A DNA stretch of 13,314 bases. Source: Nitrospinota bacterium. Its GTDB lineage: Bacteria > Nitrospinota > Nitrospinia > Nitrospinales > VA-1. The notes beneath the pieces are model-generated. The model saw nothing but the letters and a program-made list of their open reading frames with translations. It was not told the DNA's origin and searched no databases. Where the stretch lies: NCBI GenBank assembly GCA_038108555.1, contig JAYNIA010000051.1, positions 5,102 through 18,415 on the forward strand, given 5' to 3'. Positions 1-6,057 of the stretch are shown here, one piece after another; position 1 is the stretch's first letter; each line of letters begins with the position of its first letter. The position numbers and the translations under genes are program-made.

Positions 1-38
1 ATAAACTTCTCTATTCGCACCCCGATCTTCCTTTAGCT

Positions 39-66
39 TTTACCCTTTTCTAAAAAATCGTATAAT
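39..66 (+). promoter_or_regulatory. Putative sigma70 promoter for the 97..453 gene
   Basis: Perfect TATAAT at 61-66 and a weak -35 TTTACC at 39-44 (16-bp spacer), upstream of the AAGGAG RBS at 84-89. Confidence 0.45.
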
Positions 67-96
67 CAGGAATATACCCAAGCAAGGAGAATACCT

Positions 97-453
97 TTGT
101 TCCTGGAAATCGAATCCAACCCTAACGTTGAACGCAGCTTCGACATGGTTTATCGGGATATTAGCCCCACACGGGAATTGTATTGCATTAAATATAAAAT
201 CAATGGAGAAGACCTGCCGGTACAAATTACCGGATGGACCGCCGAAACAAATTCCCCATGCTCTGCCTATGCCTGCAAAATTGAAGAATCGGGAGACGGA
301 ACAGCCATGCTTATTTTCGGAGGATCGGGTGGGGTTCGTATGAAGCTACTCGAAGATGAAAGCCCCTGGGACATTAAATCTAACCAGCAATGGGGAGATA
401 CCCACCTGGTCTACCCTGCAAATTGTTTTACCGTTTACAAAGACGAACTTTAA
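97..453 (+). CDS. Hypothetical protein, 118 aa, soluble and probably beta-rich
   Basis: TTG start with a strong AAGGAG Shine-Dalgarno 7 nt upstream. Protein-like composition (ITGW, CSAYA, EESGDG, IFGGSGGVRMK, QWGD). No family recognised. Confidence 0.8.
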   Translation: MFLEIESNPNVERSFDMVYRDISPTRELYCIKYKINGEDLPVQITGWTAETNSPCSAYACKIEESGDGTAMLIFGGSGGVRMKLLEDESPWDIKSNQQWGDTHLVYPANCFTVYKDEL

Positions 454-1240
454 TCCACAACCACTTTTAAAATATTTTCCTCACTCATAGCTGTACCGGT
501 TGGAGTGCAATGAATAAGGTATTCACGATTCCCCTTTTGACCCTGGATGGGGGATTCTGTAATTTGACTGAGCACCCAGGAGTTTTCTGAAATAAACTCA
601 TTCAATCGCAAAAGAACATTCCTGCGTTTTTCAGGGTCTTTTATGATTCCCTTGTTTTCAACCTCATCTTTACCCACTTCGAACTGGGGTTTTACCAGGG
701 CAATAATATTTCCGCATTGATTTAATATTTCAAAAAGGGCGGGGAGAATCAGACGAAGGGAAATAAAGGAAACATCAATTACAATTAATTGAGGGTCATC
801 TTGCAAATTTTCCCTTTTCAAGTTACGGGCATTTGTCCGGTCGATGCAAATCACCCGGGAATCATTTCTTAAACTCCAGTCCATTTGACCATAACCCACA
901 TCTACGGCATAAACTTTGGCCACACCCTTTTGAAGCAGGCAGTCGGTAAACCCTCCGGTTGAGGCCCCGATATCAAGAGCAATGTCACCCTCGACATTTA
1001 TCCCAAATGTATCGATTGCATGTGCCAGCTTCAATCCCCCCCGACTGACATAGGGATGTTCTTCACCCAAAAACTGGATTTCAGCATCTTCTTCAATTAG
1101 CTTTCCGGGTTTATCGGCTGGAGTGTTGTTTATTCTTATTTTTCCCGCAAGAATAATGGCTCGGGCTTTTTCCCTTGTCGTGGCGAGTTTTTTTTTACCA
1201 ATAACTGGTCGAGGCGGATTTTATTTTTTTTACTGGTCAT
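450..1240 (-). CDS. tlyA: TlyA-family rRNA 2'-O-methyltransferase (S4 + FtsJ-like MTase), frameshifted in an A9 run at 1188-1196
   Basis: Motifs YVSRGGLKL, LDIGASTGGFTDCLLQKG, VYAVDVG, DVSFISL, LVKPQFE and SPIQGQKGNREY. The main frame stays open upstream of 1070 through the S4 segment (LATTREKARAIILAGKI...DKPG). The N-terminus MTSKKNKIRLDQLLV (ATG at 1240, overlapping the xseB 3' end) lies in another frame. Adding one A gives a 263-aa protein. Confidence 0.93.
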
Positions 1241-1469
1241 TGCCATCTTCCACGGGGAAAAGTTCAGTAATCAACTCCCCTTTCTGGTTCTTTGTCAATT
1301 TTTCGATCTTTGCTTCTGCCTCGTTTAATTTTTTAGAACAAACTCGGGACATTTTTATCCCCTCCTCGAAAATCTCCAGGGATTTATCAATATCCAACTC
1401 CCCTTTTTCAAGATCGTCAACTATCTTTTCAAGCCTTTGTATGGCTTTTTCAAATTTTACCTCTCCCAT
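1230..1469 (-). CDS. xseB: Exodeoxyribonuclease VII small subunit
   Basis: Sequence FEKAIQRLEKIVDDLEKGELDIDKSLEIFEEGIKMSRVCSKKLNEAEAKIEKL is typical of XseB. ATG at 1469 has a GAGGG RBS and is preferred over the track start at 1484. xseA is nearby. Confidence 0.96.
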   Translation of the reverse strand: MGEVKFEKAIQRLEKIVDDLEKGELDIDKSLEIFEEGIKMSRVCSKKLNEAEAKIEKLTKNQKGELITELFPVEDGNDQ

Positions 1470-1497
1470 AATAACCCTCGCCAATAGCAGGTTAATA

Positions 1498-1527
1498 TTG
1501 ACAATAAACTAATTATAAAATTATATT
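1498..1527 (+). promoter_or_regulatory. Putative sigma70 promoter for the CBS gene, within the divergent xseB/CBS spacer
   Basis: TTGACA at 1498-1503, an 18-bp spacer, then TATATT at 1522-1527. The minus strand also has TATAAT hexamers (1512-1517, 1520-1525) that could serve xseB-tlyA. Confidence 0.5.
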
Positions 1528-1566
1528 ATTTATTGTTTGTAATTTTTTCTAAAATTTTTTAAAGCC

Positions 1567-1923
1567 ATGGATACCATAAGTACCCGAATGACAAGCCCTG
1601 TTCTTTCAATTGACCAGGAAAAATCCGTAAAAAACGCAGCCGAAATTATTTATGCGAAAAAAATCGGGTCTCTCCTGGTTAAAGAAAACGGAAATTTTGT
1701 TGGCATCATAACAAAAACCGACTTGATGAAACGTGTTCTCATAAAAGACCTGGATGCAAAAACTGTTAAAGTTTCAGAAGTCATGTCTCACCCCCTGTTT
1801 ACCATTGACGCAGGAGAATCTATCGATGCGGCGAAAAAAATGTTGAAGGAAAAATCAATTCGCCATCTTACCGTTACGCAAAATAATCAAGTTGTAGGAA
1901 TAATTTCCATTAAAGATTTATAA
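1567..1923 (+). CDS. Stand-alone CBS-pair (Bateman module) protein, 118 aa
   Basis: Two CBS repeats: MTSPVLSID...IGSLLVKENGNFVGIITKTDL and VMSHPLFTID...IRHLTVTQNNQVVGIISIKDL. Confidence 0.93.
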   Translation: MDTISTRMTSPVLSIDQEKSVKNAAEIIYAKKIGSLLVKENGNFVGIITKTDLMKRVLIKDLDAKTVKVSEVMSHPLFTIDAGESIDAAKKMLKEKSIRHLTVTQNNQVVGIISIKDL

Positions 1924-1927
1924 CTGC

Positions 1928-3352
1928 TTATTTTTCCTCTATTACTTTTTTTACCGTACAATCCAGTTTACCCTCTGCCAGCCTTACTTTTATCGAATCT
2001 CCCGGGTTTATACCTTCGGTTGTTTTCAAGGCTTTATTGTCCTTTGAAGAAATACTATATCCCCTTTCTAAAATGGAAAGAGGATTATACGCGTTGAGAT
2101 TTTTTAGTATCCCATCAAATCGCTCTTTTCTTAATAAGATTTGAGATTGGACAATATGCAGCATTCTTTTTTCAAGCATATCCAGGTTTTCCCTCATATG
2201 CGGAATGTTTTTTTCAGGAGAGGCCTGGAGTAACCTGTGAATTTTATCTTGCAATCTTTGCTGATGGGTTAACAGGTTTTGCTGGAGCCCCCGGACGAGA
2301 CGGGAATGCAACTCATCCACCCTTTGGATATGAGGTTGAAAAATTTCCCTGGGTTGATGAAAAAACCGCCTATCCATCAATCTTTTTAAAAGATCAAAAT
2401 AATAGTCCAACTTTTGTTGTATGGAACCTATAAGAGCTTCGTTCAGCCCATTGATTTCCTGCAGGGTATCGCTCAAAAGCGGTACGGTTAACTCAGCCGC
2501 TGCCGAAGGTGTGGGTGCCCGTAGATCTGCAACAAAATCGGAGATTGTAAAATCGATTTCATGTCCAACTGCGGAAACTACAGGAATTTGGGAAGCCGCA
2601 ATTGCTCTTGCCACCTGTTCTTCATTAAAGGCCCATAAGTCTTCCAATGAACCCCCGCCGCGGCCGACAATGATAATTTCAATATCTTTTCTTTGGTTCA
2701 ACTCCTGGAGTCCTTTGGCGATTTCTTCTGCTGAACCTTCGCCCTGAACTTTTGTGGGATACAACAACACAGAAACTTTGGGGTTTCGTCTTCTAATAAT
2801 GTTCAGGACATCTCGAACTGCCGCTCCGGTAGGCGAAGTCACCACGCCAATTTTCCAGGGGAACTCAGGCAGCGGTTTCTTTTTGTCCTCATCGAACAAC
2901 CCTTCTTTTTCAAGTTTTAACTTTAGCTGCTCAAATGCTTTTTGCAGGGCACCGAGGCCTCTCGGCTCCATGCTTTCTGTGACTATCTGATATTCCCCAC
3001 GTGCATCATAGACAGTGATTCTCCCAAACAATAAAACCTGATCCCCATCTTCAGGCTCAAACTTAATACCTGCCTTGTGTCCTTTAAACAATACACATCG
3101 TATTTGTGATTTATTGTCCTTCAGGACAAAATAACTGTGACCGGAAGCTGCGGTTCTAAAGTTTGAAATCTCCCCTTCCACCCAGATGGAATCGAACGCA
3201 GCTTCCATAATGGCTTTTATATCGCGGGTCAATTGGCTAACCGAATAAACCTGAGGCTGGTCACCGGGATTCACCGGATCTGCTTCGATCAGATCTTCGG
3301 TTTCTTCAAAATTTAGTGATTTTTTTTTCCGAACTTGTCTGTTCTGTATCAT
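1928..3352 (-). CDS. xseA: Exodeoxyribonuclease VII large subunit
   Basis: Motifs SVSQLT, WVEGEISNF, SGHSYFVLKD, GVVTSPTGAAVRD, VGRGGGSLEDLWAFNEE, SAVGHEIDFTISDFVADLRAPTPSAAAE and PLSILERGYS. The start is uncertain (GTG 3355 or ATG 3352), and there is an N-terminal extension of about 30 aa. Confidence 0.97.
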   Translation of the reverse strand: MIQNRQVRKKKSLNFEETEDLIEADPVNPGDQPQVYSVSQLTRDIKAIMEAAFDSIWVEGEISNFRTAASGHSYFVLKDNKSQIRCVLFKGHKAGIKFEPEDGDQVLLFGRITVYDARGEYQIVTESMEPRGLGALQKAFEQLKLKLEKEGLFDEDKKKPLPEFPWKIGVVTSPTGAAVRDVLNIIRRRNPKVSVLLYPTKVQGEGSAEEIAKGLQELNQRKDIEIIIVGRGGGSLEDLWAFNEEQVARAIAASQIPVVSAVGHEIDFTISDFVADLRAPTPSAAAELTVPLLSDTLQEINGLNEALIGSIQQKLDYYFDLLKRLMDRRFFHQPREIFQPHIQRVDELHSRLVRGLQQNLLTHQQRLQDKIHRLLQASPEKNIPHMRENLDMLEKRMLHIVQSQILLRKERFDGILKNLNAYNPLSILERGYSISSKDNKALKTTEGINPGDSIKVRLAEGKLDCTVKKVIEEK

Positions 3353-3381
3353 CACAAAACCAAAATGCTCTTTGCGTAATT

Positions 3382-4224
3382 TTAAATTGAATCTTTAAAA
3401 GCTTTTAAGGTGTTGTCCATTAAAAGGGCAATGGTCATGGGGCCTACTCCCCCCGGGACAGGTGTTATATGTGAAGCTTTTTTGGATACCGGTTCAAAAT
3501 CAACATCTCCTGTTAATTTTCCATCAACCCGATTTATACCGACATCGATAACCACCGTTCCTTCACTGACCATATCTTCGGTAACAAAATTGGCCCGGCC
3601 TACTGCGGCGATTAAAATGTCTGCATTTCGGGTGACTTCGGGAAGATTTTTAGTTCGGGAGTGACAAATGGTAATGGTGGCATTTCGTTGAAGCAAAAGC
3701 ATGGAAACCGGCTTACCCACGATGTTGCTTCGTCCTACTACGACCGCATGTTTGCCGGATATTTCAATATCATAATGGTCCAGCAATTCAATAATTCCAG
3801 TGGGCGTACAGGGGGTCAGCAGGGCATTGCCCACCACCAGCTTACCAACATTGATGGGATGGAATCCGTCAACATCTTTATTGGGGTCGATTGCCTGGAG
3901 AATTTTTTCTGAATCAATTTGATCAGGCAAAGGTAACTGAACCAGAATGCCATGGACTTCTGGATTGGAATTTAATTCATCAACAAGTTTTAACAAATTT
4001 TCTTCTGAAGTATCTACGGGCAAGTGATTCTCAAAAGACTGAAAACCCAATTCGCGGCAAATTTTATTTTTATTCCGGACATATACGGCAGATGCTGGAT
4101 CATCCCCAACCAGGACCGTGGCCAATCCAGGAACCTTTCCGGTTTTTTCCTTCAACTCCTGAGTTTCATCAGCAAGGCGTCTACGAACCTCGGCTGAAAC
4201 TTTTTTCCCATCAATCAAAACCAT
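3382..4224 (-). CDS. folD: Bifunctional methylenetetrahydrofolate dehydrogenase/cyclohydrolase
   Basis: Motifs PGLATVLVGDDPASAVYVRNK, GILVQLPLP, KDVDGFHP, PCTP, GRSNIVGKP, VIDVGIN and TPVPGGVGPMT. AAAGGT RBS upstream. Confidence 0.98.
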   Translation of the reverse strand: MVLIDGKKVSAEVRRRLADETQELKEKTGKVPGLATVLVGDDPASAVYVRNKNKICRELGFQSFENHLPVDTSEENLLKLVDELNSNPEVHGILVQLPLPDQIDSEKILQAIDPNKDVDGFHPINVGKLVVGNALLTPCTPTGIIELLDHYDIEISGKHAVVVGRSNIVGKPVSMLLLQRNATITICHSRTKNLPEVTRNADILIAAVGRANFVTEDMVSEGTVVIDVGINRVDGKLTGDVDFEPVSKKASHITPVPGGVGPMTIALLMDNTLKAFKDSI

Positions 4225-4298
4225 CTTCTACCTTTCGACTAAAAAAAGATAAATAAATAATGTGGAGGATATATTAACAGAATTTGAGAAGGGAGCGA

Positions 4299-5789
4299 TC
4301 AATCGATTTCCAGTTCCTTGATCAGACGGGAAAGGTAAGATCTTTGAACATCAAGGATTTTAGCAGCTTTGGTGCGGTTGCCCGAGGTTGATTTTAAAGT
4401 ATTGGTTATGAAGGTTTTTCGAAATGAATCGCCTGCTTCTTTCAAGGTTGAACCTACATTCAGCTCAATGGGTAATTGAGATGTTTCAAAGCGAAATGCA
4501 TCGGGGGTCAACTCATCATCATCACTTAAAACAATGGCACGTTCTACAGCATTTTCCAATTCCCTTATATTTCCAGGCCATGAATAACTCATTAAATGCG
4601 AAATTAAATTTTTGGAAACTTTCTTTACGGGCTGGTTTTCTGGCGTGTGCTTCTTCATGAAAAAAGAAACCAGGTCCGGTAAATCTTCCATTTTTTCTCG
4701 TAAGGGCGGCAGGGTAATTTTTATCACATTGATTCGATAAAAAAGATCCTGTCTGAAATTTCCATCACGAACTTCTTTTTCCAGATCCCGATTGGTGGCG
4801 GTAACGATTCGCACATCAACATCAATATTTTTTGTTCCCCCAAGACGGATGAAAGATTCCTCCTGAATCACGCGCAGTAGCTTCACCTGCATATCCATTG
4901 GCAACTCGCCGATTTCATCAAGAAACAAAGTGCCTGTATGAGCGGCTTCAAAAAGTCCTATCTTTTGTGAATCGGCCCCAGTGAATGCTCCCTTTTCGTG
5001 CCCAAACAATTCCCGTTCCAGAATCGATGCCGGCAGTGCACCGCAGCTCAAAGAAACAAATGGTTTGTTTTGCCGTTCGCCTCGATCATGGATCAGGTGG
5101 GCAAATAACTCTTTTCCGGTTCCACTTTCACCGGTTAGCAACACTGCTGTTTTCGAATCTGCTACTTTTTCAGCAATGCCAATGCATTTCTTGATGGCCG
5201 CACTTTCACCCACAATGGCATAACGCTGCAAATATTGCTCCTTTAACCGACCAAATTCCTCTCCAAGTAATTTTCTACTACGTGAGACTTGAAAAAACTT
5301 AGCCATCAAATTGGCAAAACGTTCCAGTATTTTTGAGTCCTCTTCAGAAAATACACTTCCATCCAATTTGTCTAAAAACTGAACGACACCGATTACCTTT
5401 TTATCAAGAATTAAAGGGTAGCTCGCTAGAGATTGGACTGGAATTTTTACTTTTTCGCTTACCCTTTGGTACCATCTTGGATCTTGGGTTACATCATTCG
5501 CAATAATAGGAACCCCGTTTTTTGCAACGTAACCTGAAATTCCAACACCGGGCGGAAGATCAATTTCTTTTAACTGGCCCATATTTTTTCCAGAAGCCTG
5601 ATAAAATTGCAGCTTGAAGGTTTTCTCGTCCTGAACCAATAAAAGGGACCCGTTTTTTACTCCGACAATATCCTTGGCTGCGTCCATAACCATTGCCAAA
5701 AGCTCGTCCACTTCAAGGGAAGTCGTCTGGAAAAGGTTTGATATCTTTCTAAGTGCCAAAATATTTGTTTGCTTGCCAATTAATTTCAT
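4299..5789 (-). CDS. Sigma54-dependent transcriptional activator (GAF - AAA+ - Fis-type HTH; NifA/FhlA-like architecture)
   Basis: N-terminal GAF domain (GISGYVAKNGVPIIANDVTQDPRW, PLILDKKVIGVVQ), Walker A GESGTGKE, intact GAFTGA loop, Walker B LFLDEIGE, FRQDLFYRINV, WPGNIRELEN, and a C-terminal HTH (GNRTKAAKILDVQRSYL). Confidence 0.96.
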   Translation of the reverse strand: MKLIGKQTNILALRKISNLFQTTSLEVDELLAMVMDAAKDIVGVKNGSLLLVQDEKTFKLQFYQASGKNMGQLKEIDLPPGVGISGYVAKNGVPIIANDVTQDPRWYQRVSEKVKIPVQSLASYPLILDKKVIGVVQFLDKLDGSVFSEEDSKILERFANLMAKFFQVSRSRKLLGEEFGRLKEQYLQRYAIVGESAAIKKCIGIAEKVADSKTAVLLTGESGTGKELFAHLIHDRGERQNKPFVSLSCGALPASILERELFGHEKGAFTGADSQKIGLFEAAHTGTLFLDEIGELPMDMQVKLLRVIQEESFIRLGGTKNIDVDVRIVTATNRDLEKEVRDGNFRQDLFYRINVIKITLPPLREKMEDLPDLVSFFMKKHTPENQPVKKVSKNLISHLMSYSWPGNIRELENAVERAIVLSDDDELTPDAFRFETSQLPIELNVGSTLKEAGDSFRKTFITNTLKSTSGNRTKAAKILDVQRSYLSRLIKELEID

Positions 5790-6057
5790 AATTTTTGCAG
5801 AAATTTGTTAAAATTTAACTAAATTTATAAAATTTTTTACAAATTATCATTAATTTAATAAATAAAACCAAAATAGTATACATTTAGTTAAGCAAATTGA
5901 AAAGCTTTAATATTTCGTTCATTACCCTCAAATTTTAACCTAATCATTATTTTTTGATTGGACGATATATAAATAAGGGAACTTTTTCCATCCAAACAGG
6001 TTTTTCAGGGCAGCAAATGCCAAGTATTATTGATTTTAATTTTCGACTACTCTCACG
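5790..6057. promoter_or_regulatory. AT-rich divergent regulatory region with phased A-tracts and palindromes
   Basis: 268-bp non-coding spacer between divergent genes. AAATTT recurs with about 10-bp periodicity, and there are inverted repeats at 5807-5819 and 5822-5845. Confidence 0.65.

Noticed and set aside
450..1070. TlyA starting at TTG 1070 as in the ORF track
   Set aside because: This would omit the S4 domain, which is clearly encoded upstream across the frameshift.
1123..1512. 129-aa plus-strand ORF
   Set aside because: Antisense shadow of xseB and tlyA with Phe/Ser-rich composition and no recognisable motif.
2421..5223. Multiple short plus-strand ORFs opposite xseA, folD and the activator
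   Set aside because: All lie antisense to well-supported conserved genes and have no independent coding evidence.
4299..5789. Calling the activator nifA
   Set aside because: The GAF-AAA+-HTH architecture is shared by many sigma54 activators, and there are no nif genes in the window.
6001..6025. TTGGCATTTGCTGC on the minus strand and GGGCAGCAAATGC on the plus strand as sigma54 promoters
   Set aside because: The GG-to-GC spacing is 5, 8 or 9 nt, not the strict 10 nt required.
5790..6057. Replication origin or CRISPR leader/array in the AT-rich spacer
   Set aside because: No DnaA-box cluster, no repeat-spacer structure, and no dnaA or cas genes nearby.
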